Below, piece by piece: positions 26,131 through 37,860 of a DNA stretch of 64,000 bases. The DNA comes from Anthoceros angustus (Eukaryota; Plantae; Anthocerotophyta). The translations under genes were made by a program, and so were the position numbers. The DNA lies in NCBI GenBank assembly GCA_010909165.1, contig MU008163.1:682001-746000 (forward strand). Direction: 5' to 3'. The number at the start of each line of letters is the position of its first letter. Position 1 is the first letter of the stretch. Under the pieces are notes generated by a model. The model did not search any database. It was not told the origin of the DNA and was given only the letters and a program-made list of their open reading frames with translations.

Positions 26131-29100
26131 AGAGCGCCAAAGGTAGAAGGTGGCGCGAGAGAGGAGGAGGGGAAAGCCCACCCTCGGGGTCAACCTACCA
26201 CGGTGGGTGACCACCTACCAGTAGTCTGCCGGACTACCGCGGTGGCGGGGAAGGGCAAAACAGAGGCTCTCGGAAGGAGAAGGTAGCGTCCAAAGAAATG
26301 GACTCGAGGAACTGAGGAGTCGGGGCGGAGGCTGGCCGAGGATGAAGGAGCCGGGGTCCGGTAGTATACCCCTGGAGGCTGGGGTGGTGGGAGACAACCC
26401 CGGAGGAGCGCTGGGGTGGTGGGAGAGACAACCCCACCGGAGGAGACTAAGGACGGGTCCACCGTCGAGGAAGGGGAGGGGTGAGAAGTTCCCTCACGGA
26501 TAAGGGAGGGGTGAGAAGTTCCCTCCCCACGATAAGGGAGGAGCCGGGGAGAGGAGACCAACGCAAGAAGGCCCGAGGAGTTAGTAGCAACATTGGTCGA
26601 TGGGGAAGATTCTTTGAAGACATGCTCTGATAGGTATGGACAAACCAAACAAGGAAGGAGCAAAGAGGAACTCACCCGAGACATCACCGATGGAGAGGAA
26701 GGAAGAAGGATAGGGCGGACTACCATGGTAGGTAGGCGGACTACCCGTAGTCTGCCGGACTACCGCGTAGGGTGCGATGAACGGGCGCGACGGGAGGGGA
26801 GAAAAGGCGCCTAGGTGCGGGAGGGGCGCGATGGAAGATAAGGACTTTAGGCGCCCAGAGATGGAGGAAGGGCAGATGGTACTTGCCCCACACATTAGGA
26901 AGGCGACAAGATCCGGGAAGGGCAAGAGCAAAGGAGGCGAGGGAGCCAATCCCAAGGGCCATGTCACCACCCCAGATAAGGACTAAGAATGGTCAATGAC
27001 CATAAATGAGCTTGGGGAAGAAGGATAGGTGGTGTGGACATCCTTCAAGGATGGTCTTAGGTGAAGTTACTAGAATAGAATTTACCAAGGATCGACAATA
27101 GACTTAGGTGCAGACATTAAATGCTGGCGGTAGGAAATAATAGAAAATTGGAAAAGGTGACCTGCAGTAGGGTCACCCAAGGGAGGTTGTATGTGGAAGG
27201 CCTCCTATAAGAGGAGGAGGATTTCACAAAGTAAAGTATCATGTCTTGCGCTTCCACGCTCATCGAGTCCTTTGCCATTACAGAGGAATTTCGTGCCGGC
27301 TGTGAGCCAACACGTCTGGTAGAGAGGAAGTCGCGGTGGTCGGAGTGCTTGGTGGAGGACTTGCTCGCTGCAAGTGCCTAAACGAGTTGCTCCCCTTGTG
27401 AATGGTTCTTTGTGAAATTGCTTTGCTTTGGGTGTGTGGCAAATGCCCGAGAACTCTCGGCTTGAGGGTAGACTACAGGAAAGACTCGAGGTTCTCATTG
27501 TCACAGTGTCAAACTCATAGCAACCGCCCAAGGAAGAACTTCTTTGGTGGAGGCGAGGCGGTTGTGCCGTAAGGGCGAGTCGAAACCGATGGCCAGGCGA
27601 GGTTAGAATAGGAGGAAGAGGATGAGGAGATGAGAAGATGAGTAGAGGATTAGAGGTGTAGGTGTTGGTGGAAGGCCACAGGCGAGCCTAAGGGACGAAT
27701 CCCAAATGCAAGTAAAAGAGCTCCACAGGTGGAGAAGTTTGGTCTTAAGTAGGGACGAAATCGGTGTGAACGGGGGTCCACAGGCGCCGTGGTAGGCTCC
27801 TCTGAGGCGGGACACCAATTGTGTTGTGTCGTTGTAGGTCAAGTTTGGTCTTAGAAGTAGGGACGAAATCGGTGTGAACCGGGGGTCCCTGGCGCCCGTG
27901 GTAGGCTCTTCGGCGGGGACGCAATTGTTGTGTCGTTGTGGGTCGAGGTTGGCGATTTCGAGCGGTGCAAGTGGTGTGCTGAGAGGGAGAGTAGAGGCGC
28001 CTTGCTTGTTTAGAAGGTGAGAAGTGTGTCACCGCAGTAGCGATCGGGCATCACAAGACCTCGAACTTTCACACAAGTCTCATGGGACGAAACCCAGCGT
28101 CTGAGCGGCGGTGGATAAGTGTGGCCGCTATAGTGGGAGGACTGGGAGTGCCCTGATTCTCCTACCACACCGAGAACTTCGATGGGAAAGAGGAGCCGAG
28201 GCGGTGGATAACCGGATTGATCAAGTGAAAGGTATGTGCGCCTCGGTTGGTGCCCCACCTCTGCAGTAGATCGCGGCGGATTTTTGCGAGGCAGCGTCTG
28301 ACGATTGGGATAAGTGTGGCCGCTATAGTGGGAGGACACAGGGAGTGCCCTGATTCTCCTACCACACCGAGAACTTCGATGGGAAGAGGATGAGGAGATG
28401 AGAAGATGAGTAGAGGATTAGAGGTGTAGGTGTTAGTGGAAGGCCACAGTGCAGCCTAAGGGACGAATCCCAAATGCAAGTAAAAGAGCGCCCCGAGTGG
28501 AGAAGTTTGGTCTTAGAAGTAGGGACGAAATCGCGGTGTGAACCGGGGGTCCACAGGCGCCGTGGTAGGCTCCCCGAGGTGGACCTGCAATTGTGTTGTG
28601 TCGTTGTAGGTCAAGTTTGGTCTTAGAAGTAGGGACGAATCGCGGTGTGAACCGGGGGTCCACAGGCGCCGTGGTAGGCTCCTCACCGAGGCGTGACCCG
28701 CAATTGTTTTGTGTCGTTGTGGGTCGAGGTTGGCGATTCGAGCGGTGCAAGTGGTGCACTGAAGAGGGAGAGTAGAGGCGCCTTGCTTGTTTAGAAGGCC
28801 GAGAAGTGTGTCACCGCAGTAGCGATCGGGCATCACAAGACCTCGAACTTTCACACAAGTCTCATGGGACGAAACCCAACGCGTAAGCCAGTGGGATAAG
28901 TGTGGCCGCTATAGTGGGAGGACACAGGAGTGCCCTGATTCTCCTACCACACCGAGAACTGGGAAAGAGGAGCCGAGGCGGTGGATAAGCTGGATTGATC
29001 AAGTGAAAGGTATGTGCGCCTCGGTTGGTGCCCCACCTCTGCAGTAGATCGCGGCGGATTTTTGCGAGGCAGCGTCTGACGATTGGGATAAGTGTGGCCG

Positions 29101-31849
29101 CTATAGTGGGAGGACACAGGAGTGCCCTGATTCTCCTACCACACCGAGAACTTGATGGGAAAGAGGAGCCGAGGCGGTGGATAGCTGGATTGATCAAGTG
29201 AAAGGTATGTGCGCCTCGGTTGGTGCCCCACCTCTGCAGTAGATCGCCGGATTTTTGCGAGGCAGGCGTCTACTTGGTGGCTCTGACGGTCAGAATGCAG
29301 CGCAGGGGCTTGCCGACTTCACGAAGTTAGATGAGTTTTTGATAGCCCTCCGAACCACGTTTGTTCCACGGGAGGTCCGGAGGTCGCCGAGATAAATTAG
29401 TGAAATGCGGAGGAAGAGTGTTGTTGAATACAATCGTGAGTTTTTGGAGCTGGTGATGGCCATACCCGATATGAGTGAAGCGAAACACGAGACCGCTACA
29501 CTCGAGGATTGAAGTTTCACGGTTCGCAAGAGGTGAAACTACGGATGCCGGACATTGCGAGGATGCAATGACACTAGCGACGACAGATGCCCTTTACTAC
29601 GATGCGATCACGGGATAAGGGATGGGACCGAGGCTACGTGGAGGATGACTTCTAGCCCTAGTTCGGGCGGTGCCTATGGAGCTTGGGCGGATTCAAGAAT
29701 TTCGAGGCCGATGTTTTAATTGTAACGAATGGGGCACAGAGCTAGTGTGTGCCTCCGTGCTAGGACAGAGCTCGAGGCAAGGCCACAGTGGCAATACCAC
29801 TACGGCGAGGAGCACAGCTTGAATGAGATAGTAGCTATGGCGGTGGAGACCCAAAAGGCGGAAAACACTGTAGGCATGGCCACGAGGAAGCGGCCATAGC
29901 CTTGATTAGCCCCATCCAAGACGAAGGGTACGGAATCTCTTACGTGCAGAGTGTGGATGGCCGTGTTTGTGCCATCCTCGTGGACCGTGGAGCAAGTTGT
30001 AATTTCATGTCAACACGGTTTGCCGTATACGCTGGACACAAGAAAACAGCTAGGGTTTGTCACTTTCGCGAATGGGGAGCAGTCGCCTGCCCCGGGGACG
30101 CAAAGTAAGTGTGTACCTCTTAGGATAGGACGCTTTCTGGATTACATTCGTTGCACAATAACTCCGTTGCCAGTTAATTGTGATGTAATCTTGGGGATGG
30201 AGTGGTTGGAGGAACGTAATCCTAATATTTCCTGGAAGGAGAGACGGATGCAGGTAGAGCAGCCTGTTTTAGCTGCTCATGAGTCGCTCGGGCTTGCACC
30301 ACCAACAACGGATAATGAAGTTGTGGCGTTTTCAGCTTCAGTTCGAGAGGATGTTGTAGATAAGAAAGGTCTTGTGGATAGTTCGGAAGCGGTGCCTATG
30401 GAGCTTGGGCGGATTCAAGAATTTCGAGGCCGATGTTTTAATTGTAACGAATGGGGCACAGAGCTAGTGTGTGCCTGCTAGGGATGTGGCTCGAGGCAAG
30501 GCCACAGCGGCAATACCACTACGGCGAGGAGCACGCTTGAATGAGATAGTAGCTATGGCGGTGGAGACCCAAAAGGCGGAAAACACTGTAGGCATGGCCA
30601 CGAGGGGAAGCGGCCATAGCCTGTCGATTAGCCCCATCCAAGACGAAGGGTACGGAATCTCTTACGTGTACAGGGAGTGTGGATGGCCGTGTTTGTGCCA
30701 TCCTCGTGATGGAGCAAGTTGTAATTTCATGTCAACACGGTTTGCCCGTAATGACCGACACAAGAAAAGTTTAGGGTTTGTCACTTTCGCGAATGGGGAG
30801 CGATACCTTTGCCTGGGACGCAAAGTAAGTGTGTACCTCTTAGGATAGGACGCTCGGATTACATTCGTTGCACAATAACTCCGTTGCGATTAATTGTGAT
30901 GTAATCTTGGGGATGGAGTGGTTGGAGGAACGTAATCCTAATATTTCCGGAAGGAGAGACGGATGCGGTAGAGCACTGCTTTAGCTGCTCATGAGTCGCT
31001 TGGGCTGCACCACCAACAACGGATAATGAAGTTGTGGCGTTTTCAGCTTGATTCGAGAAGATGTTGTAGATAAGAAAGGTCTTGTGGATAGTTCGGAAGC
31101 GGTGCCTATGGAGCTTGGGCGGATTCAAGAATTTCGAGGCCGATGTTTTAATTGTAACGAATGGGGGGCACAGAGCTAGTGTGTGCCTCCGTGCTAGGGA
31201 TGTGGCTCGGAGGCAAGGCCAGCGGCAATACCACTACGGCGAGGAGCACAGTTGAATGAGATAGTAGCTATGGCAGGGGTGGAGACCCAAAAGACGGAAA
31301 ACCTGTAGGCATGGCCATTGAGGGGAAGCGGCCATAGCCTGTTCGAGATTAGCCCCCATCCAAGACGAAGGGTACGGAATCTCTTACGTGTACAGGGGAG
31401 TGTGGATGGCCGTGTTTGTGCCATCCTCGTGGACCGTGGAGCAAGTTGTAATTTCATGTCAACACGGTTTGCCTGTACGGATCGGACACAAGAAAAGTTT
31501 AGGGTTTGTCACTTTCGCGAATGGGGAGCACCGCCGGACGCAAAGTAAGTGTGTACCTCTTAGGATAGGACGCTCGATTACATTCGTTGCACAATAACTC
31601 CGTTGCGATTAATTGTGATGTAATCTTGGGGATGGAGTGGTTGGAGGAACGTAATCCTAATATTTCCGGAAGGAGAGACGGATGCGGTAGAGCACTGCTT
31701 TAGCTGCTCATGAGTCGCTGGGCTGCACCACCAACAACGGATAATGAAGTTGTGGCGTTTTCAGCTTCAGTTCGAGAAGATGTTGTAGATAAGAAAGGTC
31801 TTGTGGATAGTTGATGGGTCAAGTTCGCACCACACAGGAGTTTCAAGAT

Positions 31850-33130
31850 GTGGTTGTTCAAGGGTTGCCACCAAGGCTTCCCCCTCGTGAGTGGATCATA
31901 AGATAGAGTTGACTCACTCGGGCATCAAGCCCCATACCGTTCATGTATCGATTATCACCCACGGAATTGGAGGAAGCTCGATGCGGTGAAGCCCTTTTGC
32001 GTAAAGGATTCATCCGTCCTTCAAAGTCTCCGTATGGGGCCCCTATTCTCTTCACGGCAAAAGGCAGGGGACTACGTATGTGCATGGACTATAGAGGACT
32101 CAACAATATCACCAAACGAAATTGCTACCCCTACCACGGATTGATGAGATGCTTGAGCAATTGCAAGGGGCCAAGTACTTCACGAAGTTAGATTTGGCAG
32201 CCGGGTATCACCAAATCCGTATTGCGATGAAGACATCGAGAAGACGACTTTTAACACGAGGGATGGGCACTATGAGTGGCTAGTCATGAGTTTTGGTTTG
32301 GTTAATGCTCCTAGCACTTTCCAAAGAATCGATGAGCGACACTATGCGTGATTTAATCGGGAAAGGGTGTTGGTTTATTTAGATGATATACTCATCTACA
32401 AGGCGATGAGGAGCATATTACTTTACTACGAGAAGTCCTGCTTAGGTTACGGAGGCGAAGCTATTCATACGACAAGCGAAGTGTGAATTCACCTTACCGA
32501 TAGAGTACCTTGGACACATAGTTTCAGCAGATGGGATACGAGTGGACCCTAAAAAGGTATGTGTAGTACAAAAATGGCTAGTGCCTAGATCTGTCCAGGA
32601 CGTTCAATCTTTCCTCGGCTTAGTATCTTACTACAGGAAATTTATAGAGCGTTTTTCCCATCGGGCAGCCCCCCTTACGAAGTTAACTCAAAAGGGCGCA
32701 ATGTGGACATGGCAGGCTCAACAGCGGGAGTCATTTGAAGACCTCAAGACAGCCTTAATCTCTGCCCCTGTGCTCATCTACCCTGACCCAGCATTTCCCT
32801 TTATAGTCACTACCGATGCTTCTGATGTTGCCATCGGGCGTGTTGACAAGATAGAGGTCATGGGCGACAACCTATAGCATATTTTAGTCGCAAGTTGAAA
32901 GGGGCTGAACTTAATCGGACCACCCATGAAAAGGAAACCTTGGCATGTTTTAGCTCTCAAGGAATGGAGGTGGTGTCCGGAGGGCACCCCATTCATTTTA
33001 GAGACGGATCACGAGCCATCGAATATCTTCAAACTCAAACACATTTGAGTAGGAAGCGAGCTCATTGGTGGAGCACTTCCAAAGAATACAACTTTTCGAT
33101 TCAACATATTTCGTGAATAGAATCGTGTGG
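31850..33130 (+). pseudogene. pol: Element B RT-RNase H (heavily frameshifted)
   Basis: [74 protein letters not shown]. Confidence 0.9.
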
Positions 33131-33299
33131 CGGATGCCTGTCTCGTTAACAACTATTACTACCGCTATTAATGTACAAGGAAAGCGGATCGATGAGTTCC
33201 TTGCGACACATGCGCACTTGCTAAGGATGCTCTCTGCAAGTTACAGGATACTGGAACTGCATGGACTCAATCAGTAACAGGTCTTCTTCATTTCCAGGG

Positions 33300-34540
33300 T
33301 AGGCTTTATGTTCCTCCACTACCACATGTTCGTCTTATACTATTTCAGGAGGCTCATGAGACTCCCTCTGCAGGACATCAGGGCATTCACCGTACACTTT
33401 ACAACTTGCAGGTACGGTATTACTGGCCGAAAATGGCAGATGATGTCACTACTTGGATCCATCTTTGTGGCATTTGTCAACGGATCAAGGCTCCCCGGAC
33501 TAAGGTACCTGGTCTTCTTCAGCCTATGCCCATTCCCTTACTTCCGTGGGAGCAAGTCACTCTTGATTTCGTAGTGGGTTTACCTTTGACCCCCAGGATA
33601 TGATGCGATCCTTGTGTTTACCGACAAACTTACGAGAATGATCCACTTAGCCCCACTACGGAAGCATGTTCAGCGATGGATGCGGTGAGCTATACCTTCG
33701 TTATATCTACAGCTCCATGGCTTGCCTCACGGCATAGTAAGTGATCGGGACCCCGGTTTACTTCTCGATTTGGCAAGCTATGCATGGACTACAAACTAAA
33801 TTGTATCTATCAACAAAGAAGCCACCCGGTGATGGAGCTACAGAGCGGGCTATTCAAACCATTGAAGATCTTCTTGAGCATATGTCGATCGGCGGGAAAA
33901 ATGGGAGCAATATCTACATTTAGCGTAGTTTGCTTTCAACAACTCTAAGAATGCCAAGACAGAACAACACCCTTTTTGCTCTTTATGGATTTCATCCCAG
34001 GACCATGTTAATTGTGCTGCCTACTGCGAGCGCACCGGCCATGGACTTCCTCCAACAATGGCTCAGTTCTTGACAAGTTCGCAACATGTGTTTGAGGCAC
34101 AAAATCGGCAGATCCTACAAACCAACCGCCATCGGCGACCAGCATTTTCTCGGCGATCAAAAGTTATTGTCTACTCGTTTTCTACCCCACTCCTTGGTAC
34201 TGGATCCGGAAATTGGCGATCGATGGATCGGACCTTTTCCGTATTACAGTCATCGGCCCCGCGGCCTATCGCCTCGCCTTCCTCCTTCCTACAAGTGCCA
34301 CAACGTCTTTCACACTTCCCTGCTAAAGCCGTTCCTAGGCCCCTCCTTCCCGACCTCCACCCGTCTTGGACTTGGAAAACCCATGTATGAAGTGGACCGC
34401 ATCCTCAAACACCCATGGCTGTCTTGAATATCTCGTACTCGGGCTATCCTCTATCGAGGCCACACAGGAGCAGCGCGCAACCTTTTCCCATTGTGATGAC
34501 GCCCTTGCCGCCTACCATGCCTCCCGTCGTTTGAGGCCGA
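33300..34540 (+). pseudogene. pol: Element B integrase plus C-terminal chromodomain (3' end duplicated at ~34620-34960)
   Basis: YYWPKMADDVTTWIHLCGICQR, RWIGPF, HNVFHTSLLKPF, YEVDRILKH..CLEYLV..EAT.EP..FSHCDDALAAYH. Confidence 0.85.
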
Positions 34541-34964
34541 AACCACTTCATCCCCGGGTGAGTTGTTAGGCGATATACAGTGTTAGGCAACATACGGACA
34601 CATATGTATACCTTGCCCGATCGATGGATCGGACCTTTTCCGTATTACAGTCATCGGCCCCGCGGCCTATCGCCTCGCCTTCCTCCTTCCTACAAGTGCC
34701 ACAACGTCTTTCACACTTCCCTGCTAAAGCCGTTCCTAGGCCCCTCCTTCCCGACCTCCACCCGTCTTGGACTTCGGAAAACCCATGTATGAAGTGGACG
34801 CATCCTCAAACACCGCACCCAAACTGCCTTGAATATCTCGTACTGGCGGCTATCCTCTATCGAGGCCACCGGGAGCCAGCAACCTTTTCCCATTGTGATG
34901 ACGCCCTTGCCGCCTACCATGCCTCCCGTCGTTTGAGGCGAAACCACTTCATCCCCGGGTGAGT

Positions 34965-35135
34965 TGTTAGGCGATATACAGTGTTAGGCAACATACGGAC
35001 ACATATGTATACCTTGCCCGATACGATGTATCAGACGAGCCACCGCCATGGCTGTGGATATAAATGGAGAACTGCGACGAGCAGGCGGTGTGTAAGGCAA
35101 AGTTTTTGGTACTCTTCACCGCCTCGAGCTTAAGA
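34965..35135 (+). repeat. Short (~170 bp) 3' LTR of element B
   Basis: Begins TGTTAG, ends CTTAAGA (near TAACA), has a TATAAAT box at ~35058, and abuts P450 exon-2 sequence. The PPT is atypical. Confidence 0.7.
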
Positions 35136-35136
35136 A

Positions 35137-35750
35137 ACCAGCTCTTGGCCGCGGCATCAATGTGTGACGCCGGCCCGAGCCCGTCCGTGGTAAGCGAGGA
35201 CTTGATGATCTTCCGGTGCGTTGTGCATCTCCCGTCCACTTGGTGATGGCATCGGACCCCGGGATGTCGCTCGCGAGGCCGATAGTTGAGTGCGAAGAGG
35301 ATGGGGTGGTGCGACACGAATCTGGTGGCCTCCACCGTGGTCACGCACACCGTGGGATGGCCGAGCAAGTGCGTTCGGAAGTTCTTCCCGTACCTGCACG
35401 CGCGGGCCTGCATAAACCTTTAGATCTATCTACTCCTGTCAAGCTCTTGCAGGTTCTTCCACAGACACAATCAAACAACACAACAGGGTGAACATAAACA
35501 AGACTTACCTGCGGATCTTGGGGAGCATGAAGCGGTCGGGGTCTCCACTGAGCAGCTGGATGCTCTCGCCCACCACCGGTATCTGCCAGAAGCTTCCTGG
35601 TGGGAGCTGGCCGTTGGCTCTCTTCACCACCACGGAGCGGGAGTAGAGGTAGACCACCGCCAAGGCCAGCAGCGACAAACCCAGGATCAAGGCCACCCTG
35701 AGCCCAGGGCTGGACGCCGCATCCAACGCCATCATCCTCACCCAAAGCAT
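35137..35750 (-). pseudogene. CYP85-clan cytochrome P450 copy: exon 1 (35750/35735-35509) and part of exon 2 (35393-35137), disrupted by element B
   Basis: Membrane anchor plus LPPGSFWQIPVVGESIQLL, GT-AG intron, YGKNFRTHLLGHPTVCVTT...SHIDAAAKSW; close paralog of 40718-43280. Confidence 0.88.
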
Positions 35751-35889
35751 CCGGATGTGATCTAGTTGCAAGGCGGAAGGTTGAAAGCCGGACGCGAGGT
35801 GTAGCGAGGTGTAGAGGCGGTGCCGCAGTCAACTACTACAATGGAGCTTCAATGCTTCCCGCTTTGGCTTTAAACAAGGTATTCGTTAT

Positions 35890-37860
35890 AAGAGAAAGAG
35901 CATATTGGAATAATCGTAAACAGCATATCAAAGATAATAATTAGTCGAGCATTTCATTTGGGAGAAGGTAAAGGATACATTATGCAGTTACTTTCCATCA
36001 TGACCCTGGTAGACTTCACCCTCTTGTAGGACCAAAGAAGAAAGTTGATCTATATATTTTAATTGAGTAACTATTAATTTGAATATATTTGCAACCTCCA
36101 GATTCTAATACAACCTTTGTGCGAAGATAGTAAGAATGTAAAAAGGGGATCTCATGTCGAAGGCTGTATATGTGTGAAGTTAGTACATTAGGTAAATTAG
36201 GACGATTTATGGGAGGTCCGAAAAGATCAATATCGGACTTATTAATTGAGGTATCTAATTTATTTAAGATTTATCTTCGTGTATATATGACTATATATTA
36301 TCTAATTAATATAAGATTTATTTTTATCTGTATATGCTGGTTTTGAAGGGACTAAATAATAGTGCTGGTTGAGCTGTGAATATCCTTTAATGATTGTCAT
36401 CCTTCATTACATTCAGTGCCTCACAAGGGAAATCATCATGTAAAACAATTAATTATTGAGCGCCATATGGAACTTTATTCCATTTGGGAATAACAAGTAC
36501 TCCAAAGATGGAATATTGGGAATAACAAGTCTCTTTTGCTTGCAACGAGTTTATGAAGTGTGTTTGTTCAATGAATTCATTGTGCCCAAATCATTCATGT
36601 CAGAAACAAACATTATCTCAACTAGTTTGTATATGGATAGTTGTGGTGCAATTTGAGGTGTCCTAATGGCTTAGGCCAAATGGACACACATTTATAAGAA
36701 CGTGGTTATTAAGCATACTGTGCTTGGATCGGTTGTGCTTGGATCGGTACTTAGATAGGGTGCCTAAAGGGAATGGATGCCCTTGGTGCAAGTAGCTTAG
36801 GCATACCATGGTACAAGTTGTTAAGTACCAAGTCCCATGTCGGAAATCCGTCCTTAGTGGACTTAAATAAAATTCTTCTTCTTCTTCTTCTAATGTATTG
36901 GACTGCTATGGTATCTTATCCAGCGGCATCATTTCAAAATCGTCTATAGAGTAAGTAGATTCTTCTTGTATGTACTACTTTGATGTCTTGTTGGGATAAA
37001 TAATCAAGTGGACACTGCTCTCCTTGATTATATCTAGAGCTTTGGCATGAAATTCTTTGTAAGCACATGGGATGCTTTCTTGGTGCTGCTGCCAAAAATT
37101 TGGATATAATATGTAGAATTCTTCACTTCACACTAACATTTTAAATTTTTTTACCCACCATTAAAACTAAATGGACTTGATTTTATGGAGTAATATTGAA
37201 ATATCCACGTCCGGTAGTTCGTAAGGTAGTTGGAATTTTGAGCGATGACACATACAATACTACATTCATTTATTCATTCATTCATTCACCCGAAGTCCAA
37301 TGTCGCGAGCTAAGTTAGATGCCAAGGCACAACACTATACTCATTTGTAGACCAAGCAAGCTAGCCCGCCTTTTTCCTTTGTGGAGATCAGTTTTGCGGC
37401 GTTAGCGCTCTTGCATGCAATGGAAGCTGATCCCCAGGCCCTCGGTGCATCGAATCGCGAACGCTTAAAGAGGTTGTGGTTCAAAAGGCAATCCCAAAAC
37501 CTGGTTAAGTTGTAGAGATACCTCATCAAGCCCCATGAAATTTCCAAGGTGTTCCAAGGAGGTGGTTATGAGAGTGAGGAACCAACTTACAATCAGCCCC
37601 CTCCACAGCGCACACCTCAGTCCAGGGGGGGACAGGGAGCCATACATACACAAACATGGCATCTCACTGTGTGTGCAATTGAATTAGAGGGCACTGAGAG
37701 CGTGCGAATAAAGGCCATTCCGGGTCACGGTACAGCGTGATAGCAGCAGGGAACCGAAATGTGTATGCACTTGGGTGCTGGCCATGGCCCGATACCGTCG
37801 TCTTGTGTATAAATGCTTATGGTACAATCTGAGGTGCCTCGATGCAATGGATCGGCGTGC
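35890..37860. repeat. Dispersed AT-rich repeat or segmental duplication; other copies at ~52695-54850 (same strand), ~55580-56230 and ~56690-57050 (inverted)
   Basis: Shared blocks such as GGACTTATTAATTGAGGTAT, GATGGAATATTGGGAATAACAAGTCTCTTTTGCTTGCAAC and AAGCACATGGGATGCTTT. Confidence 0.85.
36669..36889 (+). mobile_element. ~220-bp SINE or 5'-truncated LINE insertion with (TTC)6 tail and CTAATG target-site duplication
   Basis: TSD at 36663-36668 and 36890-36895; AATAAA at 36866 followed by (TTC)6. Paralogous sites at ~53820 and ~55790 are empty. Confidence 0.75.

Larger units (their letters stand above)
1..28169 (+). mobile_element. Element A: non-chromovirus Ty3/gypsy LTR retrotransposon (Phygy/Athila-like); 5' end lies left of the window
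   Basis: Order LTR-PBS-gag-PR-RT-RH-INT-PPT-LTR. RT motifs RKLNEATKKDHHPLPFMD, DGYSGYNQI, LCNAPATFQR, FLDDFCVFG. INT motifs KWGIDF, FLFENIITRYGCPLELVSDRGTHFLN, DWDAKLHSALWAYRTA. No chromodomain. Confidence 0.93.
15667..28169 (+). repeat. Putative giant 3' LTR of element A (12.5 kb as assembled, roughly 5 kb after removing mosaic duplications)
   Basis: Starts TGTGG after the PPT and ends CCACA (5-bp terminal inverted repeat). Its last ~2.3 kb match 1-4792. AT-rich TATA-like block at ~16000-16100. Confidence 0.6.
28170..35135 (+). mobile_element. Element B: chromovirus-type Ty3/gypsy (Tcn1/Reina-like), 3' part; interrupted in gag by element A
   Basis: gag PENFDGK..AVD.WIDQV and PMELG..CFNCNEWGH; PR ILVDRGASCNF and DVILGMEWL; [31 protein letters not shown]; RH TTDASDVAIG; INT HETPSAGHQG..CGICQR, TLDFVVGLP; GPF module; chromodomain. 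Confidence 0.92.

Noticed and set aside
1-27600. Numerous S/P/L/F-rich minus-strand ORFs
   Set aside because: Shadow frames of the purine-rich plus strand, repeated by duplication.
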